Part shown: piece after piece, positions 10,966-23,355 of the stretch
How positions within the stretch are numbered: the first letter of the stretch is position 1
How the letters are laid out: every line of letters starts with the position of its first letter
DNA from: Sphagnum compactum
Taxonomy: Eukaryota
Length of the DNA: 64,000 nucleotides
Reading direction: 5' to 3'
NCBI GenBank assembly: GCA_965153455.1
Contig: OZ234493.1
Coordinates: 28,076,213-28,140,212 of the forward strand
Translations under genes and position numbers: made by a program
Notes under the pieces: generated by a model
The model's input: only the letters and a program-made list of their open reading frames with translations
Told to the model about the DNA's origin: nothing
Database searches by the model: none

Positions 10966-11952
10966 TGTCGCAACCCTAGCCTTGGCTCGCGACCAAGGCA
11001 AGGGGGTCGCAAGTGTGCGGGCCTATAAGTAGACCTGGGGGTCATATCACATGCTCCCGGGAGTGCAAAGAGTGTGAGGGAGTGAACCCTCACACTCCCA
11101 AGTGAACTCCCATGTTGGGAGTTGGTGAGAGTGGAGTCCCGAAAGGACTCCCAAAACTTCAGAGAGCATTTTGAGGGGTCAAAACTCAATGGCTTGTTGC
11201 GCCATTTACATCAATGGAAAGCTCTTGAAGTGTAGATGTCTAAAATGGGCTCGCATTGCTCATTTGAACATCTGAAACATGAGTTATGGCCAAAAGAAGG
11301 CCCGGGAGTCGAACTCCCGGGAGTCCGCCAGTTTTGACTCCCGACCACTAAAAGTCAGGAATCGACCCGAAATACTTGGCTGCAGAAAACGTGCGACATA
11401 CCGTTGGAAAGGTCTCGATGAGACCTGCAACTTTGCTTCAGACGGCGAGTCGATCGGAGGTCTGCTCCGATAGTTACGAAGCTTCAAATCGCGGGAGTCC
11501 CGAAAATGCGCGATTTCGGGACTCCCACGCGGGAGTCCCGAAAATGCGCGATTTCGGGACTCCCACGCGGGAGTCCCGGGAGTCCCGGGACAAAATGGCC
11601 ATTTGGATGCCACCCCCGCGACGAATCACAGAGTATACTATAGGGAGTAAGGTGGTGGCTTACTCCCGAGCCCGGGGTGTGGTGTGTCAAAGTGAGTCCG
11701 AGTTCACCCGTGGCTGTCCTAACACCAAAAGGACCCAGAATGAGTTCTAACCACTTTGTGTGGTTTCATGCAGGACCGTGTGAGTGAGTAAAGCTTGTCC
11801 ATTCGTCCTTGTCTATCCCGGGACTTCTAGCACACCCCTCTCACCCCCCTCTAGTGCTAGAAGTCGGGAGCGTGCTCCAAGTTCCAACTCCTTCCGCATT
11901 GCCCCATACTTGGACCCTCAAGCGGGTCCACGAGGAACTTGGGAGTGCGTCA
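10966..11952 (+). repeat. 3' LTR (987 bp)
   Basis: TG...CA termini, PPT upstream, and near identity of its last 337 bp to 4472-4808. Confidence 0.96.
11490..11577. repeat. 38-bp tandem duplication of a palindromic unit inside the 3' LTR
   Basis: CGCGGGAGTCCCGAAAATGCGCGATTTCGGGACTCCCA occurs at 11490 and 11528, with a partial third copy. Each unit holds the inverted repeat GGGAGTCCCGAAA/TTTCGGGACTCCC. Confidence 0.9.
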
Positions 11953-14900
11953 CGAAGCATAACACTTGCCACAATGCCTTCCTATTATTTGTTCCTAACA
12001 TACCCAAAGATCTTGCACTAGATGTCGTACCAATAATGTGTTAGCACATTTCTCACAAGGTGATAAATAAGCTAGTCCATTTTGCACCCAATCAATCTTT
12101 TTCTTGAACAAAATAAAATCCGCTTAATGTTTGCATGGTAAGATTCAATTGATGCATTGGTGTCTTGGCCTGCATGTGGAATGTTGCAGTTTCCAACACG
12201 CCACATGGTCACCTTATGCAACCAATGGTTTTTAAGGTACTTCATGAAGTGGGTAACATTGGGGTACCTTGTTGCTAGTAAGTGAATTTGTTGTTCTACC
12301 CAAAGAATCGCATCAACGTCAATAAGGCATCCACATGGTCTTCTAGCATCGCAATTTTTTTATTGCATTCTTTGCGCATGCTTTCCGCACGTGCCACAAA
12401 CATATAAACATTTTGGCTCCACCCCAAATGTTTTTGTAGTATGTATATCAAATAATGAGAGTAAATCTTGCATTATAGCTAACAATAGAGGCATGGAGAA
12501 CATTAAGTAAAAGGTTTATATGTTACTCAAAACATCATTCATTTGCATGTTCAAATGAAGTATTACATAGAAATGAAAATGGAGGGTAGCAAATGTTGTT
12601 CACAAATGGGGTGGTTCGTGCAGAAACCAATTTGTAAGATTTCCATTAGGATAATTAAGCTGTTAGAAAAAATCTTGAAAAGAGGTTCCAATGGACATAA
12701 TAATTGCATTGCCATCACGAGACACATGTTCTGCAAGAAGGTCCACATACCTAAAAACATTTATTTCAACCTAAGCGTTGTCCACAATTATAGCATTAGG
12801 CATCTAGTCCTCTGGCAAACGTTGGGACAATGCATGCAAAACAAGGTGAAGGTCAATTTCCCAAGCTTTTCCAATGATAATGAACACAACATGTATTCCA
12901 TTTTGCTACTCATCAAACACCATCATGGTGTAAAGGGGGTATTGTAAAACACAAAATTGTGGTGTTGGGAATAATGGTCAAGTAGGTTATACTTATATAA
13001 AATTTAACTTGTAGACAAAGCAATGGATGAAATGTACCTAACTTTGGTTTGTGCCAAATGATGCATCAAAAGAGATTGAACTCTTGTGTTTAAACTTTGT
13101 CATCATTTTTGCTTGCCGGGGGGTTTGGATGCCAAGTGTGAATGGGGTATCATCTTGGCTTTGCAAGTTCAAATCCATTGGGGCATGCTCAACATAATAG
13201 AAAATTGAATTCAGGTTTTCCATAACCCACATTCACACACTTATAGGATCCTTGGGGTGTTTTTGCCATAATTCATCTACCCTTTCCTTGATAAAATTTT
13301 GACATTAAATGGTAGAACAAATTTGTCGTGTGTTATGGGCTCATTTTTCAAAGCCTTTTTCTCACATATGCCTTATGATGAGCCACAACTTGTGCATGAG
13401 AGAGCCCTTGCTGAAGGAGCCCCATCAAGTGAGCTTTCATACTATCGAAAAATTGTGAACCAAGGGCATGTTGATATCCAACAACAACTTTACCATGGCA
13501 AACCTCACTTTGTTTGTTTTATGCCCAAGATTCAGGTATATCAATTGACATAGACTTGGGTCTAGTATGGTTGTTTTGTTATGAAAGACCATTGACAACT
13601 TTGTTTGATTAACATATCGGTTAATGCTTTGGAGATTCTAGTGTTCATTTTTGCACCTTGGTTGGATTATAAGAACTCCAACAAAATGTTTTTCCCCTTC
13701 TTCCTCCTCAATATATCCTTTGCTTATGGTGTTTCTGTTTCTCTTGCGTGGACAACAATAACTTTTGCATGTCATGTGGAATCATTTTTGTTCCGTATTT
13801 TGGCCCAAAATTATAATTGAACATAAAGAACATTGTCGCAACCCTAGCCTTGGGTTCGCAATTAAGGCAAAGGTTTGCAAGGGTGTGGGCCAAGAGGAAA
13901 GCCCGACAGTCACATCTCGTGCTCCCGGGAATGTAGGAGAGTGTGAGGGAATGACCCCTCACACTCCCAAGGGAGCTTCCACTTTGGGAGTTGGAGTTTC
14001 GGTGGACTCCCGAATATTTAGAGAGTGATTCCAAGAGCCAAAACCAAATGGATTGAAATGTTCCTTATATCATTGGAAAGCTCTTGGAACGTAGATGTCT
14101 ACAATGGGATTGCATGACCCATTTGGACACTTCAAACGCAAGTTATGGCCAAAAGAAGGGTCGGGAATCAAATTGGCAATTTGACTCCCGACCACTAAAA
14201 GTCAGGAATCGCTTCGATTTCCTTGCGTGCAAGTGATATGCAACATACCATTGGAAAGCTCTCGACGACGACTACAACTTTGCTTTAGACCTCATCTCAA
14301 TCGGAGGTCTGCACACAAAGTTATGGGCCCCCAAAGTTGCAGGAGTCCTGGTTGTGAGAATTTCGGGAGTCCCACTTGGGAGTCCCGAGACAAAATGCCA
14401 TTTGGGTGCTGGTCCCGTGACCAAGCGCAAAGTATAATATAAGGGGGAAGGTGGTGGCTTCCCTCAAGTCCAGGCCGTGGTGAGTCTTGTGAGTCCGAGT
14501 TTGCACGTGACTCGTCCTAGCACCAAAAGTGCTCCAGCTATGCACTAACCAACTTGTTGTTTGGTTTGTGCAAGTCCATGTGAATGATTGATTGTTTGTC
14601 ATTATTCTTAGTCTCATCCCGAAACTCCAGCACGCCCCTCGACCCCAAAGTGCTGTGAGCTAGGGAGCGTGCCCCAACTCCTTATTCTTCTGTTGTTTTC
14701 ATTTCAGGCTCACATTTGAGTCTATCAAGGAGCTTGGGAGCGCGTCAACATGGACATGAGATGTGAGGTTAGAACTCAAAGATTATGGACAGTCTGTAAG
14801 AATTATGGTCATGAATGGGTGGGGTATATATGTCATTTGCTAACCTGTACACAAATGAAACATTGTTTGCTCGAAGGTGTGTAAAAGTGCCTAGGGCAGA

Positions 14901-15176
14901 GGATCGAACATGGTTTTTTGTTCTATTGAACTTGCATGGGAAACTTTCATTGTCTTGTTCACCATCCACAAAATCTTGCAAGCAGTCCCATGGAATCATT
15001 GCAATTTCACGATGAGTGTACAAGCCTTTTCCATGTGTTACATGAGGCAACCATTGTATGTAAGATTTTTGAAATGGCCCAAGAAGAGGTTGTTGCATAA
15101 TTGTTTTCAACGCCTCAAACAAGTCCTTTTTTCGACTAGCAACATAAGTTTCCTACCCCCTGTATGTGATTCCTAA
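11953..15176 (-). pseudogene. Decayed intron-containing MULE (Mutator-like) transposase gene
   Basis: Minus-strand fragments in order: IPWDCLQDFVDGEQ...FPCKF (~15000), FTLGIQTP...SISFDASFGTNQS (~13050-13150), QYPLYTMMVFDE*QNG...PNAIIVDNA (~12770-12945), FICLWHVRKA (~12390), and YLKNHWLHK...HAGQDTNASIESYH (~12130-12240). These give the D,D,E residues and the CxxH motif of the MULE domain. The gene is cut by the Gypsy at 11952. Confidence 0.82.
13834..14747 (+). mobile_element. Solo LTR inserted in the MULE gene
   Basis: Termini TGTCGCAACCCTAGCC...GGGAGCGCGTCA, with blocks shared with the 3' LTR. Flanks are (A)ACAT / ACAT, a 4-5 bp TSD with one base ambiguous. Confidence 0.9.
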
Positions 15177-15589
15177 ACCAGTCAACATAATTGTAAGATC
15201 ATGGCTTTGAAATGAAAAATCATTCAAACAGAACAAGACATGTATCAAGAAGAATAAGTTGAAAGCATGCAATGTAGGCCCAAGGGACAACAATTTAAAT
15301 GTAAAGGTGGTGGTGTGCCAAGCAGTTGGTACCTATGTTTTGTACATCATCCACATGAAATTTGTCTTCTTGGCTTGCCATAACCACAATTACATTTGGA
15401 TAATTGTACAAATTTGTAATTTTTTTGCCAAAATTGGAAAAGACAACCTTTGGAGAAATCAAGAATTGGAAAAGTTGATGTCTACATTGGTTGCAAGGTT
15501 GCAATGTGGAGCTAAAATGGTTGGCCGTGGTTGTCTCACAGACCTCATTTAGAAATCCTTTAGTTTTAGTCGATTTTCAAAATCTGATC

Positions 15590-15833
15590 ATACGTAGAAT
15601 AACCGCATTTTTCTAGAGTGTAGAAATTGGGAGAGATGCAATTGATTGAGTGTAAAAGTTTGAAGAGACGTAGTTGATGGTGGACAACAAAAAAATTTCC
15701 AACAACGGTTCAAATGTTCTGTCGACGATGATAAGAAGCAGGCCTAGATGTGCCATGTGGCAATTTCAATGGTGGGGTCTGCCCACTGAAATGCCACCAG
15801 ACAGAGGTCGTTAGGGGGTGTTTAAGACCCTGC
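15590..15833. repeat. Putative MULE terminal (TIR) sequence, related to 26745-26965
   Basis: Both copies share TCTAGAGTG..., GGTTCA.ATGTTCTGTCGACG, CACTGAAATGC.ACC and the end GTTAGGGGGTGTTTA..ACCC.GC. This copy lies upstream of the transposase remnant. Confidence 0.65.
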
Positions 15834-16635
15834 CTTTTTAACCATTTGTGAGACTTCATGATGTTCCTTGTGCTAGTTGCATATATAATATTGCCATTGA
15901 CCCTAGGAATCTTAGGGTGAAGGGTTTTTTCTTTCAATTTTGTGACATAGTTGAGGTGATGATCATCCATAAGCTGGTTTAATCGAAGTTGGCTATTAAG
16001 AAAATATGAAAGGAAAAAATTAATCTCCTTACATTTTTTTCTACCTTCTTGAAAGCCACGTATAGAATCTGGATGTTTAAGAGATTTTTTGAATTTTGAA
16101 AAAAAATTGGAAAAAATTCATTGATTTTGCCACAAGAACTTTCAATTTTTTTGCAGCAGTGCTAAGTTTCACACAAAAATAATGCTATGAAGTGTGAAAT
16201 CTTTTCTGAATGACAATTATGTAAAAACAGAGGTGCTAGTAGGGTACTTTCACAAGTAGCAAAGAAGAAAAATCATGCTTGGGACATAAAATAAGGTGCT
16301 ATTGGACATTGGAGTAAGTTCATTGTTAATTTTGTATACAAGAAGGGTCTGTTTTCAGATCCGTTCAAAATTTGAGGTGTGTGGCCGAGGTTGAGTGAAA
16401 GGTATGGAAAATTCTGGAGGGGTCTGAAAACAGACCCTTTTCCTGCATGAAGAACCGGCTAGTTTTTTTTTTGAAAATATTGTACAAAAGGTGTAAGATA
16501 TCTGTTGACCATCATCATACAAAGTTGTAAGGTCCAGTGAAAATTTACTCATGAAAAGCAACCTAAATATACAGATGGAAAAACTGGCAGGTTCTTTATG
16601 GACGGTGAAGTAATTCGTTAAACAAACACAAACAT

Positions 16636-19600
16636 TCTATTATATTAGAAACCTATTATATTATAAAAGGAAGAAATCATGTCCCAAGCGGGGCTATGTG
16701 AGAGATCTGTTCAGCTGCAAGTGAGGTTGTAAGAAGATGACAAAGTAGGTAGGCTAGGCTATATCTAGGTACCTAGGTTACCTTCCACCTGCACCAAGTG
16801 GCAAGAATCAATAGCAAAAACTGGAGAAGGCAAATTTTAGAATATTGAATATAAAACCCATTAAAGTAGGTACCTTTATTGGAGGCATTTTTGGAAGTTC
16901 ACATTTAAAAGGACCTTTTATCTATAGACAAGTGGTTTAATGGACGATTCCTTTTTCAAATCAATGGACATCTTGTTTTGACATGTTGACATTGGAATTG
17001 AAGGGGCGTGTCCACTTGTCACATGGGGCTCCAATACCCTGATTCAAGAACCGAGACTGATAAGAAAAGGGAAAAAAGAAATTCATTTAAAGGCTTCCAT
17101 TTTAGTGAAATTTTCGATTATTTGGGTGCCTTTTTTCTTACTAAAGTATTTGGTCATAAGGTCGACATGAGCGATGGTGGCAACGTGCACACCACCGGCA
17201 GTTGTAGTGAAGTGAGTAATGTGCAGGCCTCTAGGGTAAACATGCCCCCATCAAAGATCACCCGGTGACCAAACACCTCTCTTGTGCAGACCAAAGCTGG
17301 TGAATGGTTGCAGTCCTTTGTGCAAGTGTTTGAATACAACCCTATGACCAAACGCCCAGTCTTGAAAAAATATGTTTGGTCTTTTCATGTAATCCAAATG
17401 AATCTTTTTTGTGTTGTGCAGTTATGGGCATAGGAAAAAGCAATAAAAAAAACAAAGGCACAATGTCATATGTAATCATGTTTGATTATGAGAAAGGATT
17501 AGCACATTGTATGTGTAGTCATGTTTGGTTATGGTAGAGGACCAGCCCATTGTAATGCACATATTTAAGTGGGTTTAACTCTTTTTCAAAGGACTAACAG
17601 AAACAAAATGCAAATAAAAAAATTGATTGTTTAATTATGGGGGTTTAGGCTCACATTAAAAGGCATGAAACTGTTCATTAATAAACCATAACCTTAACAA
17701 GGATACAATGCACAAGGATCAACAAAGGACATCCTTTTTTGAATCTTTCAAGGTAACACCACATTATTAGCCCCAAAGTAGAATCCTTAAAGATTCCTAC
17801 TCTGCATAGAAATTGAACATTCCTTCCCCCCCCCAAAAAGAGGCACAAATCAAAAGTTTAAACTACAACAAAACTTACATTAAATGAGTACCTCATTTTG
17901 TACTTTTAATCTGAGCTCCAAGTATATCCTTTCTATGAGCTAGGGTAAAAGAACAATTCCAATGCTGCTTAGATTTCTTAGGTCCTAATGCTGTAGTGTT
18001 GAAGAATTCTGATCTACTAATGACAATAGAACGTGTAGACAACAATAGTCCAAGTTTAAGAATTTACTTGCAAAAAACAAGACTCAAAGAAAAAGTAAAG
18101 CATGTAGAAAAGGAAAAATTAGGTTCAAAAGTAGGTTTGCAAAAGATGAAAGTAGAACATGTAGAAGAAGGATCAACATTAAAAATACAAATTGAAATTG
18201 TAAACTAGATTTACAATCAGAGGTTCCAATCATGTTAGGGATAAAGCTACAAAGTTTATCCACATATAGGTGTATTTGGGTGAACCACATTATGAAATCT
18301 TATGACTGATTAATAATTAGGATGTGTTACTGTCGCGACCCCAGCCTTGGGCTCGCGACCAAGGTAAGGGTTTGCAAAGGTGCAGGCTAAGAATGAAGCC
18401 CAAGAGTCAAATTTCATGCTCCCAAGAGTGTAGGAGGGTGTGAAAGAATGAACCCACACACTCCCAAGTGGGCTCCCACTTTGGGAGTTGGAGTCCCAAT
18501 GGACTTTTGAATTTTCAAAGATCAGTTAAGGGGCCAAAATTCATTGGATAAAAAATTTCTTTATACCATTGGAAAGCTCTTAAAACGTAGATGTCTAAAA
18601 TGGGATCGCACGTCCCATTTGAACATTTAAAACACAAGTTATGGCCGAAAGAAGGGCCAATAGTCAAACTGCCAATTTGATTCCTGATCACTAAAAGTTT
18701 GGAATCACCTTAATTACTTATGTGAAGGTCTCATGCCATATGTCGTTAGCAAGCTCTTGACAAGGGCTACAACTTTGCTTTAAACTTCACCTCAATCAGA
18801 GGTTTGCACAAAAAATTATGAGCCTCCAAAATGCTGGGAGTCCTAATTTCGGGAATTTTGGGAGTCCCAAATTGAAAGTCCCGAAACAAAATGATATTTG
18901 GGTGCAGGCCCCATGGCCAGGCACAGATAATACTATAAGGGGGGAGGTGGTGGCTTCCCCCAAGTCTGGGCCATGGTGAATCTTGTGACCGTGTATGCCC
19001 ATGGTTCGTTGTGCACCAAAAGTGCTCCATCCATGCACTAACCAACTTGTTGTTTGGTTTGTGTAGGTCTGTGTGAATTACTAACCCATTTTTCTCTCGT
19101 CCTAATCCCCATCTTGGACTTCAACACGGCCTTTTACCCCCTGAAGTGCTGCGAGCTAGGAAGCGTACCCCATCTCCTTCTCTTTCCATTGTTTTCACCT
19201 TTGGACTCGTAGTTGAGTCTATCAAGGAGTTTGGGGGTGCGTTAGTTACTATTGTGTATTAGGACGTTCTTCAAATTTCCATTGTCTATAGAAATTTTCA
19301 CAGAATTTTTGCGTTTTGTACCCATTGAAATCTCCATCACTTCCATTTTCTATACATATTTAGCAAAAACAAGACTTCATAAAATTAAAAACCTTATACT
19401 TTTAGGTTTATGTTGTGAGTGCCTTGGGTTTGAAGTGGCCATCCCTTCAATTTGTTTCCTTAAGATGTAAATATGTCCCTCCTAGGAATTTTTTTGTTTT
19501 CATGGTCCAAAGCTTACATCAGACGTGTCCCACTTCTGCTTTATTCTTTTATTCTTGAAGAAGTCCTTAAGCCATTCAAAATAATGTAGGATGCAAATAA

Positions 19601-20416
19601 TTATTGAGTGTTGGTTCATAGAGATTAAAGGTCTTGTATACTAGAACAAGTTTGTATGGCAAAACAGGTTTCATCATAACATGTCGTAACTTGAGTTTTG
19701 TTGAAATCTATTGTGATTTAGACTATTCTTTTTCTTTGGTCACACATTCTAAGCAATATTTGTTTCTTGGTTTAAGAGCATTCAAGCATAGTTAGACCCT
19801 AGTAGGCGTGTTCTTGTTTTCATCTTGTATTTTTAATTGTATTTTTGGATTATTTGAAAGTAAAAAAGGAAAGCCTAATATGGGGAATTAGAAGTTGTGA
19901 GACTTGAATCTTATATTGCTAATGTGCGAAGATTACAAGATCAATCTTCCAATGATTTTTTTAATGCATTTACATGTATGTAATCAATGTTAACAAACAA
20001 ATGTTTTGTCAGTATGTTGTTTTTTACATTTTAGGCAATGAAAACCCATAAACGCTAAGCATTAAAATGCATAGAACATTGCAATCCAGAACTTCACCTG
20101 TTTCATTTCATTGCAAGATAGAAAACCATAGAACACCTACTTCCACTAGAATATTGTCCGCATTAGGTTTGCATGTCCTTCTGAAATAGTGAAAATTGCA
20201 TGTTCCATTTACATCACATAGTCTGATAGAAAAATAAGTACACATGAAAACTTAACCTATTTCATTTCATCACATGTCCTACTGAAGAATGCATGTTCCA
20301 CTCTCATGATGTAGTCTAATAGAAAACCAGGTTTAGGGTTTAGACCTTTTGCTTATTTGCAAAAAACAAAATGATAGTTGGCCCACCATGTCAAAGGGGT
20401 TTGAAGAGCACTCTAG
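16636..20416 (+). mobile_element. Candidate decayed Helitron-like element (weak)
   Basis: 5' end TCTATTATATT...TATAAAAGG. 3' end has a degenerate GC hairpin (CCCACC...AAAGGGG) followed by CTAG at 20413-20416. No Rep/helicase was recognised and the base after CTAG is not T. Confidence 0.3.
18331..19244 (+). mobile_element. Solo LTR, 5-bp TSD GTTAC
   Basis: Termini TGTCGCGACC...GGTGCGTTA (terminal CA mutated to TA). GTTAC at 18326-18330 and 19245-19249. Confidence 0.92.
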
Positions 20417-21841
20417 GATTTTGTACTCGATCCACTTTCGTAATATACAAACTTCCTAGGTCTACTGCATCTAGGAGTTACTGAAACACTTCCAGACGTG
20501 GATGTGTTTAAACCTGCACTCTCCTTCGGCTCTTCCAAATTGATCACCCATTTAGTGCATCTAATTGTAGATTCCTTGATAGTCTCTTTGATCGCTTCCA
20601 CTAGTGTACAACAAGCTTGAATTGCTTCATCCTTCGAGAAGTTATTGGGGGTCACCTGCAACCCATAATGAAAGATGTAAATATGACATAATAGACATAC
20701 AAATCTTGAAGCTTAGGTTTTTGAGTTTAGATAAACACACCATTGTGGGACATACATTATGCATGTTCATGCAATCGTAAAAATGAGTAATGAATTTTAT
20801 GACATAAAATCGGCACTCCCAGTTATATTCATGTCGTGGTCCATGAACCCAATGCCAACTATTATTTGTTGTAGTTCGCTTCCACTCTTCTATGCTTGTC
20901 AAATTTCCTTATGTGGCAGCCCAAACCTTTGCTAGAAATCGATGCAATGTGGTTGACTGAAATAGGTTTGTAGAACTCAAAGGGTCATAATGAATCAAAT
21001 TCTCACACTCATAACAGCAACACTCCAATGGTTGGCATCATGTAATGGAACTACAACCTTGCCAACATTGGTAAGCACATGGAACTTTTTTTTCAGAAAA
21101 TTGGGAACTCCTTTGGGACTCGCCATTTTGTTTTGTCCATTTTTTAACAATGTCCTAATAATTGGGGTGTGTTATGTATGTGGCCTTATCTGTGAGGTGG
21201 GTGTGCATATACCAAAGCCTAAAAAATCCATGACATCTGTAAACAAAAAACCCCTTTCGCTGTCCAATAATTTAATATTTGCATTGAGCATGAGTGTCAA
21301 ATAATCACCACCCAAAATGAAAGATAGAACAAAATCTTTTGTCCCACCTTTGTTCCCAATGAAGGTTTGAACCATTATCACCAACCTATTGACACATGCC
21401 ACCATAAACATTATTAATTATTCTAGGTAGAATAGAATGCAGAACATTAAAATTCCCTTGTTTGATTGGAGGTTATCAACAAACATGGGAAAAACATTGT
21501 AGAACATTGCATGACAAAACATACACAATAGGGTATAGAACATGTACTTGTCATCTTCACCACTTAAGGTTTGATGAGGCATATGCTTTGTAGTGTTTTT
21601 TGACCCGTCTTGTATATGTTGTTGTGCATCAACCTCATCAGTACTTGTGGAAGAAAAAATTACATTTGGATTACTATCATCAATAGTGGCATTGAGGTTT
21701 GGTATTGGCCATACAAAGGCTTTGAGACAACTAGCCTAGAGGTTGTAATCCTTGAAAAAGGCAAAGTGTCCTTTTGAACACAGTAAAAGCTACAGAAATG
21801 GATGATGACACAAGTGGTGTTGCTAGGCTTGGGTTGTTTAT

Positions 21842-22665
21842 TGTCACAACCCCAATCTTGAGAGAGTGTGAGGATGAAGATTCACACTCCCGAAATGGGA
21901 ACTTGGTAGTCCATCGGGACTCCCAAAACGTTAGGGAGCAATTTCAGGGGTCAAAACATCTTGCATTGGGGAGTTCTTTATGTCATTGAAAAGCTAATGA
22001 AGTGTAGATGTCTAAAATGGGCTTGCATGACCCATTTGGACATCTGCAGCACAAGTTATGGCAAAAAGAAAGGTTGGAAGTCAAATTGGCAGTTTGACTC
22101 CCGACCACAAAAAGTCGGGAATTGACCCGGCCCCTGTGCGTGCAAGTGAAGTGCGACACACCGTTGCGAATCTCTCAACGAGATCTACAACTTTTCTTCA
22201 AACCTCATCCCAATTAGAGGTCTGAGCAAAGAGTTATAGTCTTGCAAAGTGGCGGGAGTCCAAACCTTGGCATTTTCGGGACTCCTCCTTGGGAATCCCG
22301 GGACAAAAAGCCATTCGAATGTGGGTGCCACGAAGAAGCACAAAGAATACTATATGGGGGAAGGTGGTGGCTTCCCCCGAATCTGAGTCGTGGTGAGTTT
22401 TGTGAGTCCAAAGTTGCCCGTGATTTGTCCTAGCACTAAAGGTGCTCCAGATTGTGAACTAACCAACTTGTTGGTTGGTTTGATGCAGATTCGAGTGAGT
22501 AACTAGAAGCTTGTCACTCTTCCTAGTCCCATCCCGGAGCTTCAGCACGCCCCTCTACCCCCTTTTAGTGTTGAGAGCTGGGAGCGTGCCTCGAGCTCCT
22601 AACAATTCCGCAATTTACCACCTTAGACCCATCTTGGGTCTTTCAAGGAGCTTGGGAGCGCGTCA
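21842..22665 (+). mobile_element. Solo LTR, TSD TTTAT/TTTAC
   Basis: Termini TGTCACAACC...GGGAGCGCGTCA with the conserved family blocks. The 5-bp flanks differ by one base. Confidence 0.9.
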
Positions 22666-23232
22666 TTTACATATGCTTGTAAATCAATATCCAATGCAGC
22701 TATTTGATCTCGGATAGGAATAACCTCCATTGATGTTTTGTGAAACAAGTGCAATGTTGGAGATTGATTAATGTTGTGCTCTAAATTGCGCTCTTGTTTG
22801 GAATAAAGTTCATGAAGGAAGGACTAAGGTCCTAAAATTGTTTGGTTCATGAGACAAGATAATGCCTCCCCTGTTGTAAAAAAATTCATAATAATGTTAA
22901 TTGCTAGAAGTTAATTTTAAATTGTTCACTATAGAACAAATAAGCTAAAAGAAAACAAAGACATAAATGAACAGCAATCATGTTGTCTTCTGGTATTGGA
23001 GTTACAACCATGGCTTGGACATTATTTTGTTCAACATGATCAACATACCTTAACTTGGAGGACAACACCTGGACTTGGTAGTCCAAAGAATTTGCTAGTT
23101 TACATGTACATTTTTTTTGCCTTTCATGAAATGATAAGTCATCAAATTTTGGTTTGCCAAGGAAAACCCAATTGAGATCTATTTCCTCCTTCAAAAAAAA
23201 TGCACCAGTAAGCATTTGGTTCATGACATATA

Positions 23233-23355
23233 GATGGAACTAAATCAAATCTAAAACATAACAAAACATTTAAATGGAATAGAATCAGATCTAAAACATA
23301 ACAAAACATATAAATGGAATAGAATTAGATGTGGAATAAAACAAAACATTTAAAT
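23233..23355. repeat. ~40-bp tandem repeat, about 3 copies
   Basis: ATGGAA...ATCTAAAACATAACAAAACAT.TAA is repeated. Confidence 0.75.

Larger units (their letters stand above)
4472..11952 (+). mobile_element. Ty3/Gypsy chromovirus LTR retrotransposon (5' LTR truncated by the LINE; internal solo-LTR insertion)
   Basis: Order is LTR-PBS-gag-PR-RT-RH-IN-chromodomain-PPT-LTR. The 337-bp 5' LTR remnant matches 11616-11952 with about 3 mismatches. Confidence 0.96.

Noticed and set aside
20330-20345. TTTAGGG-like motifs (also at ~55063) as an interstitial telomere
   Set aside because: Only 1-2 units are present, which is common in plant TE and promoter sequence.
6457-22717. Recurrent short ORFs with similar peptides (FDSRPLKV, GPDLGEATT, GGSHHLPPYS) as a small protein family
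   Set aside because: All lie inside LTR copies, in inconsistent frames and strands. The similarity reflects conserved non-coding LTR DNA.
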